Of a stretch of DNA of 64,000 bases, positions 39,266-49,906 are shown one piece after another; position 1 is the first letter of the stretch, and each line of letters starts with the position of its first letter. The position numbers were made by a program, and so were the translations under genes. Location of the stretch: positions 64,001 through 128,000 of the forward strand of contig CAXXKJ010000002.1 in assembly GCA_963675295.2 (NCBI GenBank), in the 5' to 3' direction. The notes below the pieces were generated by a model, which had not been told where the DNA came from, searched no databases, and saw nothing but the letters and a program-made list of their open reading frames with translations. The stretch comes from a bacterium (lineage in GTDB: Bacteria; Electryoneota; Electryoneia; Electryoneales; Electryoneaceae).

Positions 39266-39578
39266 TCGGTACGTGCTCCTGATGGAGTAGACCTAGAAAG
39301 TATATAAGATCCAACATCAGAAAAACGGTATCAATGGAGAACTGCGTGTCTGGACTTCCCGGGAAGTCCAGTGTAACTTCCCGGCGACTGTTCATGTCCA
39401 AGGTAGACCGGGAGAGACCTCCGTTTTTTAAACACCACTTTCAGCAATATGTTCGTGCAACGCCGACTTTTTCGTGTAGATTAATAGGTGGGGTTCTATT
39501 TGCGAAAGAAGTTCGGGGTGCGCAAGGTAAACGTTGGCCGCGGTTCGCAACCCGGCTGCAACAGGAAGGACAGACGGT

Positions 39579-41672
39579 ATGCGCGTACGATTTGTGATGC
39601 TTTTGGTTGGTTTGATGATTTTGGGTACGGCGGGCCTGGCGTTGGCCGATGACCTGATTCATCTGAAGCCGGACCACGTGACGTTCCAGAAAATCAGCAA
39701 GCCCACTGATTTTCAGCAGCAGGGTGGCAACGAGCTCGACGTGTACTCGGATTCGCTTCAGCAGTATACGAACACTCCCTATGTGGGTTATCAGAACGGT
39801 GTGACGTTCTATGCCCAGATGCACTTCACCGCCCCGGGCAACTTCGAGGTTCGTGGTATTTCCGCGTTTATCCTTGACCAGAACCTGAATTCGACTTCAA
39901 CTTCGATGTATGTTTATGAAGACAACAACGGCGCGCCGGGGACGTTGCTCGGTTCGCTGTTGAACGCCCCGACGGATCAGGTTCCGTTCGGCGCCCCGTG
40001 GACCTACATGCGAATTGAATACCCGGACGATGAATCAGGCGTCTCCGTATCCGCAGGTACGGAATTCTGGGTAGTTGTCGGCCCGGCACCGGCATACAGC
40101 TTCTCCAACGGTACAGGCTGGACATTTGTCTGGGATGACGACGGCAATGCCAGCTTCACCGACCACCGCAACACCACCGGCACCCCGGCGACGCTGGGCA
40201 CCGCGATCACCGGTGACTGGGAAATTGACGTGCTCGGCAACGTGGAAGAGTTCTCCAACGTTCGTGCCACCGCACTGGTCAACGACACCCGCCAGTTCCA
40301 CATCATGCCGGATGAGCCGCGCCAGCTGCGCGTAATCATGGAAAATGTCGGCTCGGTTGCGTCCACCGCCGGTTCCGCTTTGTTCACGATTGAAGACGAA
40401 CAGGGCAGCACGGTGTTCACGGAAACGGTGCCTGTCCCCTCGATTTCGGGTGAAGATACCGACAGTGTTGCCACGACCGGTACGTGGACCCCGGCGGACG
40501 ATCAGCGCTTCATCGCGAGCGTCCTGATTACGATTCCGGATGATGGTGATCCGAGCGACAATGCTGCGATGCTGATGCAGGATGTCACCCAGATCGACGA
40601 TTTCTTCACCTATTCGGACGGGACAAGCGACGCGACGATCAACTACCAGGCCGACACTGGCCCGGGCGCGCTTTTCTACCCGCTGGGTTACCCGGCTACG
40701 ATCGACACGATTCGTTTCTATTTCCCGAACGCCGCGAACGACATGTTGTTCAAGCTCTTCGCCATCAACAGCAACAATCAGTTCACGGAACTTTGGTCGA
40801 ACACCGCGAACGTGGTTGTCGGCTGGAATGAGTTCGTGATGCCCGAAACGTACGAGATCACGGAAGGCAGCTTTGTCCCGACGTTGGTCAGCCCGGGCAA
40901 CGTGAGCATTCCGTTCGATACGAACGATCCGATCTCGGCTGCGAACGAGCAGATGCCGATGGCGACCATCACCTGGAACGAGGCTACGCAGGAGATGTCC
41001 GGTTCCTCGAGTGGCAACTGGATGATCCAGGCGTCGATCACCTCGACTCCGCCGCAGGATATCGACATCATCTTCCCGCCGCTGGTCACCAACATTGGTG
41101 AGACTCCGGTGGGTACGCCGCTGACCTATTACCTCCAGTTCAGCAACGAAGGCGAGGATGACGGTCACATCACAGCGATTCAGAACACCTACCCGGAGCT
41201 CGAGATTCCGGCCGCCGCCAACCTGCCGGTAACGATTCCGGCTGGTGGCGATTACAATCTGGAGCTGATCTGGACGCCGACCACGGAAGGTCCGAGGAAC
41301 ATGGGCTTCCAGGTTTCGCATGACGATCCGGATGACAACAACCCGTACATCATCGGCCTGACCGGTAACGCGCTGTCGGGTGTTGCATATACCGATCCGA
41401 CGATCCCGAACACGTACTTCCTCGAGCAGAACAAGCCGAACCCGTTCAACCCTGAAACGACGATTCGTTTCGGGCTGAAGGCTCCGGGCCACGCGACGCT
41501 CACGGTGTACAACCTGATGGGTCAGGAAGTTCGTACGCTGATCGACCAGGAGATGACGCCGGGCAGCCACACGGTGCTGTTCAACGCCAGCGACCTGCCG
41601 AGCGGCGTGTACTTCTACAGCCTCCAGGCGAACGACTTCAAGTCGATCCAGAAGATGATGCTGATGAAGTAA
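39579..41672 (+). CDS. Secreted Ig-like/CARDB-domain protein with C-terminal T9SS-A/FlgD-like sorting domain
   Basis: Signal peptide MRVRFVMLLVGLMIL; DGDPSDN; C-terminus QNKPNPFNPETTIRF...PSGVYFYSL...KMMLMK. Confidence 0.8.
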   Translation: MRVRFVMLLVGLMILGTAGLALADDLIHLKPDHVTFQKISKPTDFQQQGGNELDVYSDSLQQYTNTPYVGYQNGVTFYAQMHFTAPGNFEVRGISAFILDQNLNSTSTSMYVYEDNNGAPGTLLGSLLNAPTDQVPFGAPWTYMRIEYPDDESGVSVSAGTEFWVVVGPAPAYSFSNGTGWTFVWDDDGNASFTDHRNTTGTPATLGTAITGDWEIDVLGNVEEFSNVRATALVNDTRQFHIMPDEPRQLRVIMENVGSVASTAGSALFTIEDEQGSTVFTETVPVPSISGEDTDSVATTGTWTPADDQRFIASVLITIPDDGDPSDNAAMLMQDVTQIDDFFTYSDGTSDATINYQADTGPGALFYPLGYPATIDTIRFYFPNAANDMLFKLFAINSNNQFTELWSNTANVVVGWNEFVMPETYEITEGSFVPTLVSPGNVSIPFDTNDPISAANEQMPMATITWNEATQEMSGSSSGNWMIQASITSTPPQDIDIIFPPLVTNIGETPVGTPLTYYLQFSNEGEDDGHITAIQNTYPELEIPAAANLPVTIPAGGDYNLELIWTPTTEGPRNMGFQVSHDDPDDNNPYIIGLTGNALSGVAYTDPTIPNTYFLEQNKPNPFNPETTIRFGLKAPGHATLTVYNLMGQEVRTLIDQEMTPGSHTVLFNASDLPSGVYFYSLQANDFKSIQKMMLMK

Positions 41673-41879
41673 GCTCCAGCGTATGCTGAAGATTATTTAG
41701 TGGCCGTGTCTGCGTGCAGATGCGGCCACTTTTTTGTTGCCCTGAATCGGATTGTTGTCTTGACCAGTGCAGCAACGAACCGGCAATTCCCGGCACACAC
41801 AAAAGACGGGGACACTTTCTCCGAAAGTGTCCCCGCAATAACTCACAACTCGTCACTCACCACTCGCAACTACCGTCCG

Positions 41880-42176
41880 TCACCCGCCTTCACGGCTGGC
41901 GACGCGTCCGAAATACAGCTGCGCGAGCTTGTGCGTTTCCTGGTCGACCTCCTGGTGGTGATCGTGGAGGTAGGCGGTCAGCTCGTCCTCGCCGATATCA
42001 ATCCCTTTTTCCTCGAGGATCATCTCGAGCAACGTCAGGCGTTTCAGGAACACTTCGGTTGCAGCGGCGAGCGGGCCGGGATGCGCTGTGTGGTACAGCT
42101 GGTGCAGCACGCCGAACGCGCGACTTTGGCCGTAGGGGTCGGCGTCACCCATCTGTTGTGACAGGGGATCGTGCAT
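41880..42176 (-). CDS. Small helical hypothetical protein (possibly DUF2018-like)
   Basis: TGATG overlap with the upstream gene; 98 aa MHDPLSQQ...FLKRLTLLEMILEEKG...; family assignment from memory only. Confidence 0.55.
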   Translation of the reverse strand: MHDPLSQQMGDADPYGQSRAFGVLHQLYHTAHPGPLAAATEVFLKRLTLLEMILEEKGIDIGEDELTAYLHDHHQEVDQETHKLAQLYFGRVASREGG

Positions 42177-42484
42177 CAGCCAATCCCCAGCGCGTCTTTC
42201 GCGAAATCGCTCATCATGTTCATGTTCCACGGCGGCTCGAAGGTCACTTCCACCAGCACGTCCTTCACTCCTTCGACGCCGAGCACGGTCTGTTCGACAT
42301 CCTTGGCGATCGACTGGCCCATCGGGCAGCCCATCGAGGTCAGGGTCATGATCACATGCGCTTCGTTCTTGTCGTCGATCTTGACATCGTAGATCAGGCC
42401 GAGGTCGACGATGTTGAGGTTCAGTTCCGGGTCAATGACGGCGGTCAGTGCGTCGTAGACAATTTCCGATGTCGGGTTAGCCAT
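42176..42484 (-). CDS. Fe-S cluster assembly protein, DUF59/MIP18/SufT family
   Basis: VIDPELNLNIVDLGLIYDV, MTLTSMGCP, TFEPPW. Confidence 0.92.
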   Translation of the reverse strand: MANPTSEIVYDALTAVIDPELNLNIVDLGLIYDVKIDDKNEAHVIMTLTSMGCPMGQSIAKDVEQTVLGVEGVKDVLVEVTFEPPWNMNMMSDFAKDALGIG

Positions 42485-42495
42485 GTATCGTATCC

Positions 42496-43563
42496 TCACT
42501 GCATCACGGGTTGGTTGACAGATTTCCACACACGGTCGGCGAGTTCGCGGAACACATCACCGATGGGGTTGTCCTGCGCGGCGGCGGGCTTGCCGGCGTC
42601 CGATCCTTCACGAATTTCCGACTGCAGCGGGATTTCGCCGAGGAACGGGACACGTTGCCGCAGCGCTTCACGGCGTGCGCCGCCGCTGGAGAAGATCTCG
42701 TAGCGTTTGCCGGTATCCGGCGCGAGGAAGTAGCTCATGTTCTCGACGAGCCCCAGCACCGGCACATCCACCTTCTGGAACATGCCGATCCCCTTGCGGG
42801 CGTCGATCAGGGCCAGCTCCTGGGGAGTTGTCACGATCACCGCGCCGGTAAGTTTCACCTTCTGCGCGACGGTCAGCTGAATGTCGCCGGTTCCCGGGGG
42901 CATGTCGAGCACGAGCACGTCGAGCTCGCCCCAGACGACGTCCCGCATCAGCTGTTCGACGGCGCTGGAGACCATTGGCCCACGCCACACCAGCGGGGTG
43001 TCGCTGTCCACCAGTACGCCCATCGACATCGCCTTGACGCCATACGCCTCCATCGGCTTCAGCTTGTTTTCGCCTTCCGCCGGTTCCGGTTCGTCACTCA
43101 GACCGAGCAGCATCTGCACAGACGGTCCGTAAATGTCGGCGTCCATCAGCCCGACCTTGAGCCCCAGTTTGCCGAGGCCGATGGCGAGGTTGGCGGCGAC
43201 GGTCGACTTGCCGACTCCGCCCTTGCCGGAGGCGACGGCGATGACATGTTTGACGGTCGGCAGCAGATCCGGCGCGTCGTTGGCTTCGCCGGCTCCGCTG
43301 TCCGCCTGCGGGTTGTGGTGGCTGACCTGGATGTCGACCGCTTCGATGCCAGCCTCGCTCAACGTTTTCCCGACCTCTTCCGCGACCTTCTGGCTGATGG
43401 CCTGGTCCGAGGTGGAAAACTCGAGCGCGACGGTAACTTGCGGCCCTTCGGCGTCGATACTGCGAACGATACCGAAGCTGACGATGTCCCGGCTGAATCC
43501 GGGGTACGTGATCTGCTTCAGCAGATCTTCGATCTCTTTTGCGTTCAACTGTTTGTTCGGCAT
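42496..43563 (-). CDS. apbC: Mrp/ApbC/NBP35 Fe-S cluster carrier ATPase
   Basis: ASGKGGVGKST, DADIYGPS, WRGPM, DMPPGTGD, VTTPQ, ENMSY. Confidence 0.92.
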   Translation of the reverse strand: MPNKQLNAKEIEDLLKQITYPGFSRDIVSFGIVRSIDAEGPQVTVALEFSTSDQAISQKVAEEVGKTLSEAGIEAVDIQVSHHNPQADSGAGEANDAPDLLPTVKHVIAVASGKGGVGKSTVAANLAIGLGKLGLKVGLMDADIYGPSVQMLLGLSDEPEPAEGENKLKPMEAYGVKAMSMGVLVDSDTPLVWRGPMVSSAVEQLMRDVVWGELDVLVLDMPPGTGDIQLTVAQKVKLTGAVIVTTPQELALIDARKGIGMFQKVDVPVLGLVENMSYFLAPDTGKRYEIFSSGGARREALRQRVPFLGEIPLQSEIREGSDAGKPAAAQDNPIGDVFRELADRVWKSVNQPVMQ

Positions 43564-43862
43564 GGCACTCGTCTTCTGGTTTCACCTGACCGAGTATACG
43601 CACTTCGCATCAGGCCGTTTTTTGCACAGGGCATAAAAGGTAAGCTCCCGCCCGCCACGGTCAAACTCCGCGCCTCTGCCGGTGTTGTCCACCGGGGTTT
43701 TGCAGGGTGACGCGCGGTCGCGGCGTTGCTCTCCCGCCGAGTGAGTCGGAGTCCTTGTTTTTCGCACCGATACGTGCATTATCCACGTTTCAGATCCTAC
43801 CTTCATGGTTTGATGCCGCAAATGGCAAAAGGTGCTTCGTTGGACATTCTGGCCGCTCGACC

Positions 43863-45806
43863 ATGACCGTGAAGATTGAATGGGCAGACAGCCACTTGAA
43901 CCGGGACCAGCAGCTCGAGCTGTTGGCCACCGCCATCCGTGATGCACAGGAATCCATCGTCATTACCGACGCCCAGCTCGAACCGCCGGGGCCGCGCATT
44001 GTTTTCGTCAACCCCGCGTTCACCCGCATCACCGGTTATTCCACGCAGGAGGCGCTTGGCAAAACTCCGCGCATGCTGCAGGGACCGAAAACCGATCGTG
44101 GGATGCTGGACCGGCTGACACAAGCGTTGCACGAAACCGGCCAGTTCAGCGCGGTGGCAGTCAATTACCGCAAGGATGGAACCGAGTACATCGTGGAGTG
44201 GGACATCTCACCAGTGCGGGACAGTGATGGAAACATCACCCACTATGTCTCGATTCAACGGGACGTCACCGAGCGCAAGCACGACGAGGAACGGCTGCGC
44301 CGGTCCGCCGAAGAACTGAAGGAAGCCTCGCAGCTCGCCGCTCGTGCCCAGGAACAGGCGGAAGCGGCGAACGAAGCCAAATCCCGTTTCGTAGCGAACC
44401 TCAGCCATGAGTTGCGCACACCGATGACCTCCATCATCGGCTATTCTGAGATTCTGCGTGACGAACCCGATATGCCTGCCCAGTTCCGGGACCAGCTGAA
44501 CCAGGTCGTTAACAATAGCAAGCACGTGCTGACGTTGATGAGCGACATCCTCGATCTCAGCCGGATCGAAGCGGGACGGCTCCCGATCAAACCGGAACCG
44601 TTCGACATCGCGGAAGTGATTCGTGACGCCGTCGCCTCGCAACAAACCCAGGCGAAAGCAAAGGACCTGATCCTCGAGATCGAATCGCTTTCCGGGCTTC
44701 CACCCCGTGTCATGCTCGACCGTGCGCGGGTGCGTCAGATCATTTCCAATTTGCTCAGCAACGCAATCAAGTTCACCGACCATGGCGGCGTACGTGTCCG
44801 TACCCGTCACGAACCGGACAAGGGCCACATCCACATTGAGGTCGATGATGACGGCCCCGGCATTCCGCCGGATCAGCAGGACAAGATCTTCGACGTGTTC
44901 CACCAGGTCGGGATGAGCGAGAAGGAACGCACGGCCGGCAGCGGGCTCGGCCTCGCCATCGTACGCCAGCTTGCTCTCGCGATGGCCGGTGACATCAAGG
45001 TGCACAGTATTTACGGCCAGGGCGCAACCTTTACCGTCACCCTGCCGATCATATTCATGGCCCAGGGCGAGCGGCCGCGTCCAGCTCCAACCCCGCCGCC
45101 GGAACCGGTCAGCACCGCGCCGGTCAGCCTGCAGGGCATGCTGGTGATGGCGGTGGACGATCACGAAGCCAACCGTCTCCTGCTGGAGCATGTGCTGAAA
45201 CGTGCTGGCGCGGAAGTTGTGCTCGCGTCGGACGGCCTCGAGGCACTCGACCTGTTTGAACAGCAACCGGTGGACGCGATCATCCTCGACGTGATGATGC
45301 CGAACCTGGACGGGTACGAGACCGCCAAACGTCTCCGCCGTCAACAGGGCGGCGGGCGTGTTCCGATCCTGATGCTCACCGCGCATGCGATGGAAGGCGA
45401 GCGGCAGAAAAGCCTCGACGCCGGCGCGAATGGCTACCTCTCGAAGCCGTTCAACCAGAACGAGTTGACGGCGACCATCGCCCGTCTCGCCAACCGTCCC
45501 GACAATCCCGCGCCGGTACAGATGGATGATACCGACGACGAGCTGGACGAACTGATCGTCGAGTTCCTCGAACACCATCGCGGTGTTGTTAAGGGCTATC
45601 TCGACAACGTTCCGGACGCGGAAACGATGCAGTTCTGGGCGCATCAGCTCGCGGGCGCGGCGGGATCGTTCGGCTTCCCGGACCTCACCGACAAGGCTCG
45701 AGTCGTCGAGCGTGCGTTGATGGGCGGCGAAGCGGTCAACCGTCAGATCACCCGGCTGGAGTCGATCCACAACCGGATCCAGACGTTGCAGGCAGGGCTG
45801 AAGTAA
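43863..45806 (+). CDS. Hybrid sensor histidine kinase (PAS-HisKA-HATPase-REC-HPt)
   Basis: PAS VFVNPAFTRITGY; H-box SHELRTP; NLLSNAIKFT, DDGPGI, GSGLGL; REC DVMMPNLDG; HPt AHQLAGAAGSFG. Confidence 0.92.
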   Translation: MTVKIEWADSHLNRDQQLELLATAIRDAQESIVITDAQLEPPGPRIVFVNPAFTRITGYSTQEALGKTPRMLQGPKTDRGMLDRLTQALHETGQFSAVAVNYRKDGTEYIVEWDISPVRDSDGNITHYVSIQRDVTERKHDEERLRRSAEELKEASQLAARAQEQAEAANEAKSRFVANLSHELRTPMTSIIGYSEILRDEPDMPAQFRDQLNQVVNNSKHVLTLMSDILDLSRIEAGRLPIKPEPFDIAEVIRDAVASQQTQAKAKDLILEIESLSGLPPRVMLDRARVRQIISNLLSNAIKFTDHGGVRVRTRHEPDKGHIHIEVDDDGPGIPPDQQDKIFDVFHQVGMSEKERTAGSGLGLAIVRQLALAMAGDIKVHSIYGQGATFTVTLPIIFMAQGERPRPAPTPPPEPVSTAPVSLQGMLVMAVDDHEANRLLLEHVLKRAGAEVVLASDGLEALDLFEQQPVDAIILDVMMPNLDGYETAKRLRRQQGGGRVPILMLTAHAMEGERQKSLDAGANGYLSKPFNQNELTATIARLANRPDNPAPVQMDDTDDELDELIVEFLEHHRGVVKGYLDNVPDAETMQFWAHQLAGAAGSFGFPDLTDKARVVERALMGGEAVNRQITRLESIHNRIQTLQAGLK

Positions 45807-46267
45807 TGGCGATGGTAGCGGGCAGCCGTGCGGACAACGCGCTCGCGCTCGTCTTGAGCGCGGTGGTGGTCATCGCAGCGGCGGCGGTTGCGGTGGTGAT
45901 GTTCGCGCCCAGCGACCGGGACGCCGTCATTGACGCGTTGACCGATAAAGGCCAGGAAATCCTCGCCGCGGCCCGAACCTACCCCGAACGTTCCGCCCAG
46001 TTCCAGGACCAGATCCCCGAGGATGCGATGGGCGCCGCCGGCGCGCCGACGATGACCGGCCCGTTCACCGGCCTGCGTTTCGACCGCATCGGTTACTTCG
46101 ACCGCCTCAGTCAGGACGCTCGCACGTTGTACACCGAGATCGGCCGTTTCACGCTGAACGTCTCGCCCGACGGCCAGTCGTTCACCCTCACCGCCTACGG
46201 CGAACACGACGTCTCGGTGCATTGGGAAGGGCGGGTGGAAAACCCTGCTCCGGACGCAGAAAACTGA
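45806..46267 (+). CDS. Hypothetical membrane-anchored protein
   Basis: TAATG overlap with the kinase stop; N-terminal hydrophobic helix. Confidence 0.6.
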   Translation: MAMVAGSRADNALALVLSAVVVIAAAAVAVVMFAPSDRDAVIDALTDKGQEILAAARTYPERSAQFQDQIPEDAMGAAGAPTMTGPFTGLRFDRIGYFDRLSQDARTLYTEIGRFTLNVSPDGQSFTLTAYGEHDVSVHWEGRVENPAPDAEN

Positions 46268-46403
46268 TCGCGCGCGATCTGCCATTCCTCCTGACAGTTA
46301 TCCCCGCGAGCCGCGTGGTACCTCACTGGAAGATTGCGGCCGTGGATTGTACCTTGCCCGCCTGACAGCAAATTCAACGACGATAGAACGGTAGAGGGTG
46401 ACC

Positions 46404-48116
46404 ATGGCGAAGGTTGTCGAATGCGTTCCGAATATTTCTGAGGGACGCGACAAACACATCATCGAACAGTGCGCGAATGCCGCCGCGGCGGTGGACGGTT
46501 GCACGTTGCTGGACGTCGATCCGGGCGCAGATACCAACCGCACGGTGATCACATTGGCCGGTGAACCGGAAGCGGTGCTCGAGGGCGCGTTCCACTTGAT
46601 CGCGATGAGCCACAAGTTGATCGACATGCGCAAGCACACCGGCGAACACCCGCGTGCCGGCGCGACCGATGTCTGCCCGTTTGTCCCGGTCAGCGACATG
46701 ACGATGGATGAGTGCGTCGAACTCGCGAAACGGCTGGGCAAGCGTGTCGGCGACGAGCTCGATGTGCCGGTCTACCTATACGAATTCGCGGCGTCGAAAG
46801 AAGAGTGGCGCAACCTCGCCGTGGTGCGGAAGGGTGAATACGAAGCTCTGCCGAAGAAGATGGACGATCCGGAGTGGAAGCCGGATTTCGGTCCGCATGA
46901 GTTCCGCCCCAAATTCGGCGCGATCCACATCTCCGCCCGCAAATTCCTCATCGCCTACAACATCAATTTGAACAGCACGTACGCCCGTCTCGCGAAGGAC
47001 ATCGCGCTGAAGATTCGCGAACAGGGCAGCCTGCTGCGAGACCGCAAGCGTCAGATTGTGCGCAACGAAAAGGGTAAGGGCAAAAAGGTGCCGGGGCTGT
47101 TCAAGGCGTGCAAGGCGGCCGGTTGGTACCTCGCGGATTACCACGTCGCGCAGGTGACGATGAACCTCACCGATCCGGATGTCACCCTCCCACATCACGT
47201 CTTCGAGAAGGTGCGCGAGATGGCGCGTGACATGGGCACCCGTGTCACCGGCTCGGAAATCGTCGGCCTGATCCCGTTGCAGGCGATGCTCGACGCGGGC
47301 ACGTATTACCTCCAGAAACAGGGCCGGTCGTTGGCGCTGCACGAACGCGAGATCGTCCAGATCGCGATCCAGTCCATGGGTTTGAACGAGATCTCCGAGT
47401 TCGACATGGACAAGAAGATTGTCGAGTATGCCATCGCGGACAAGGGCGGCGCGCCGTTGGCGAACATGACGCTGATCGGGTTCAACGACGAGCTCGCGTC
47501 CGAATCCCCCGCCCCGGGTGGCGGTTCGGTGGCGGCGCTTGTGGGTTCGCTCGCGGCGTCCCTCGCGGCGATGGTCGCGAACCTGACCCACGGCAAGTTC
47601 GAATACGAAGACGCGTGGGACGAGGTCGAGGCCGCCGGCATCAAGGGCCAGGACCTGAAAGCCCGCCTGCTGCACGCGATCGACGCCGACACGGATGCGT
47701 TCAACGCCGTCATGGCGGCGAACCGCTTGCCAGACAAGACCGAGGATCAGGCGGCGGCCAAGGCGAAGGCGGTCGACGATGCGAACAAGACCGCGACGTT
47801 GATCCCGTTCAGCGTCTGCGAGGATTCGCTGGCGACGTACAACTTGATCGATGTCGTCGCGGCCAAGGGCAACCCGAACAGTGTCAGCGACGCCGGCGTC
47901 GCGGCATTCTGCGCGAACACGGCGGTGCATGGCGCTGCGTTGAACGTGCGCATCAACCTGCCAGGGATTGCAGATACGGCGTGGGCGGACGAAAAACGCG
48001 CGCAGGTCAAGGCGATGACCGACGAAGCCGACAAGCGGCTGCAGCAGGTTCGCGCGCAGGTCGACAAGGTGCTCGCCGAACAACGGAAGAAAGCGGAAGC
48101 GGACAACGACGACTAA
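46404..48116 (+). CDS. ftcd: Bifunctional glutamate formiminotransferase / formiminotetrahydrofolate cyclodeaminase
   Basis: VECVPNISEGRD, NRTVIT, IDMRKHTGEHPRAGATDVCPF; C-terminal SPAPGGGSVAAL, GNPNSVSDAGVA, LNVRINL. Confidence 0.93.
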   Translation: MAKVVECVPNISEGRDKHIIEQCANAAAAVDGCTLLDVDPGADTNRTVITLAGEPEAVLEGAFHLIAMSHKLIDMRKHTGEHPRAGATDVCPFVPVSDMTMDECVELAKRLGKRVGDELDVPVYLYEFAASKEEWRNLAVVRKGEYEALPKKMDDPEWKPDFGPHEFRPKFGAIHISARKFLIAYNINLNSTYARLAKDIALKIREQGSLLRDRKRQIVRNEKGKGKKVPGLFKACKAAGWYLADYHVAQVTMNLTDPDVTLPHHVFEKVREMARDMGTRVTGSEIVGLIPLQAMLDAGTYYLQKQGRSLALHEREIVQIAIQSMGLNEISEFDMDKKIVEYAIADKGGAPLANMTLIGFNDELASESPAPGGGSVAALVGSLAASLAAMVANLTHGKFEYEDAWDEVEAAGIKGQDLKARLLHAIDADTDAFNAVMAANRLPDKTEDQAAAKAKAVDDANKTATLIPFSVCEDSLATYNLIDVVAAKGNPNSVSDAGVAAFCANTAVHGAALNVRINLPGIADTAWADEKRAQVKAMTDEADKRLQQVRAQVDKVLAEQRKKAEADNDD

Positions 48117-48400
48117 GATTGTCAACACTACGTGTGTAGTCATTTATCACCACCGGGCGCTGATGTACCCGGTGGTTTCGTATGTAAGCGAGAATCTTGA
48201 GTCTCTTTCGGATTTTTTGCGTCCGAAACTCAATCCATAAACGCAGAACGGCGCGCAAGAGGGAGAGCCCCTGGAGACGTGAAAGAGAGGCGCGGGGGCC
48301 TTAGGTATAGCAACCGCGTCAAAAATGGCTTAGGTTTGTCCCCGACAGCGCCCGGTGTATGTAGCCGGGGCACCAAGCTCTACAGGAAGTGAAGAGAAAC

Positions 48401-48607
48401 ATGCAGCAAGGTACCGTGAAGTGGTTTAATGAAGCCAAGGGCTTTGGTTTCATCGAGATGGAAGATGGCCAGGACGTGTTCGTGCACTTCAGCGCCATCG
48501 AAGGTTCCGGTTTCAAGACCCTCAAGGAGGGCGAGCCGGTCGAGTTTGAACTGCAGCAAGGACAGAAGGGCCCGGCCGCAGGTAACGTGAGGCGGCTGAG
48601 CGCTTAA
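48401..48607 (+). CDS. Cold-shock protein (CspA family)
   Basis: [15 protein letters not shown] (RNP1), VFVHFSAI (RNP2). Confidence 0.95.
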   Translation: MQQGTVKWFNEAKGFGFIEMEDGQDVFVHFSAIEGSGFKTLKEGEPVEFELQQGQKGPAAGNVRRLSA

Positions 48608-48632
48608 TTCACATAGCGTTTAGAGTGCCTGG

Positions 48633-48666
48633 AGGCTGTTCCGAAACGGGGCAGCCTCTTTTGTTT
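48633..48666 (+). terminator. Intrinsic terminator of the first csp
   Basis: GAGGCTGTTCC-GAAAC-GGGGCAGCCTC followed by TTTTGTTT. Confidence 0.75.
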
Positions 48667-48815
48667 GCAGGTGATTGCAGGAGTTTGCACCAGCGGGGAG
48701 AGCCGTACCAAAGAAAATGTTTGGAAACTCGAACAGGTTGTCGTAGTATATGGGCCTGATAGCCTCGGCTAGCATGCCGGGGCACTTTTTATTTTTACAG
48801 GAAGTGAAGAGAAAC

Positions 48816-49022
48816 ATGCAGCAAGGCAAAGTGAAGTGGTTTAATGAAGCCAAGGGTTTTGGTTTCATCGAAGCAGAAGATGGACAGGACGTTTTCGTGC
48901 ATTTCAGCGCGATCACCGGCGACGGCTTCAAGACTCTGCACGAGGATGAAGCGGTTGAGTTTGAACTGCAGCAAGGACAGAAGGGCCCGGCCGCAGGTAA
49001 CGTGAGGCGGCTTGGCGCGTAA
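48816..49022 (+). CDS. Cold-shock protein (CspA family), tandem duplicate
   Basis: [23 protein letters not shown]; nearly identical to 48401-48607. Confidence 0.95.
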   Translation: MQQGKVKWFNEAKGFGFIEAEDGQDVFVHFSAITGDGFKTLHEDEAVEFELQQGQKGPAAGNVRRLGA

Positions 49023-49046
49023 GTATATAGCGCAGACCGAACGTAG

Positions 49047-49077
49047 AGGCTGTTCCGCAAGGGACAGCCTCTTTTTT
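49047..49077 (+). terminator. Intrinsic terminator of the second csp
   Basis: GAGGCTGTTCC-GCAA-GGGACAGCCTC followed by TTTTTT. Confidence 0.8.
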
Positions 49078-49192
49078 GTGCCCGCCGAAATGGCTCTCCG
49101 AGTACAAATGTTCACTTTGGCTTACTGAACACTTGATCATCTTGTTTGTGTTGTGTAGCTTCTTCTGAACATTCGTGCAGGGGAGGGTCGCG

Positions 49193-49906
49193 ATGACCGA
49201 AACGGATGACCTGGTTGTTGAACAACCGCTGGGGACTCGTGCGCCGGATGTGCCGGTGTATGCGTCTGAGGCGAAAATCCGCACCGAGCGTGTCCTGATC
49301 CTCGGACGGACACGTGCCGGGCAGATGCTCTGCGTCGGCGGAATGACGGACGCCTTGTCCAACATCCGGCTCAAGCGGGACGAAAACCCGCCGCACTGGT
49401 ACGTGGAGGCATGCCCGTTTCACGTCGGGAACGTGTTCACCGTAACCTGCAGCGACAGTCCGGATCCAGCCAGCCCGCATCATCGTGAGGATGTCCGGGT
49501 ACATGTCTGGCAGTACGAGAAATCTCTCGATTCGGGCCAGATTGCCGCGACAATCGAGCGGACGGGACGGGTGCGTGAGGGACCGGAACCGTGGCTCGCG
49601 TTCCGCAAGGACGACAACACCGGCGTGTATTTCACCTTGACGGAAAAGGGATCGTGGGTGATTCCGAAATCGCAGCTCGCGCGTGCGCCGTGGTCTGTGG
49701 CATTCTGGCGGCCGACAGTCGATCTTCACTTCCGCGAGAAGTATTATTGGGGGCAGAGTCGATCACGGGAATACCGGATTCCGTATGTCGGAACCGACCG
49801 TCGCGTAGAGGTCATTCCGGCGGGGACACTGGTCCGGCTGTCAACATCGGCCTATTTTAAACCCGTCAATGGAGCGGCGTTGCAGCTTTCCGGGTGGTTT
49901 CTATGA
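49193..49906 (+). CDS. Putative dual OB-fold (DuOB-like) protein
   Basis: SD GGGAGG; VLILGRTR..MLCVGG...NIRL and PHHREDV resemble the dual-OB family; ATGA coupling to a DUF488 gene. Confidence 0.55.
   Translation: MTETDDLVVEQPLGTRAPDVPVYASEAKIRTERVLILGRTRAGQMLCVGGMTDALSNIRLKRDENPPHWYVEACPFHVGNVFTVTCSDSPDPASPHHREDVRVHVWQYEKSLDSGQIAATIERTGRVREGPEPWLAFRKDDNTGVYFTLTEKGSWVIPKSQLARAPWSVAFWRPTVDLHFREKYYWGQSRSREYRIPYVGTDRRVEVIPAGTLVRLSTSAYFKPVNGAALQLSGWFL

Noticed and set aside
43940-44270. PAS domain as a LOV blue-light sensor
   Set aside because: The motif is GKTPRMLQG; it lacks the photoactive Cys of GxNCRFLQG.
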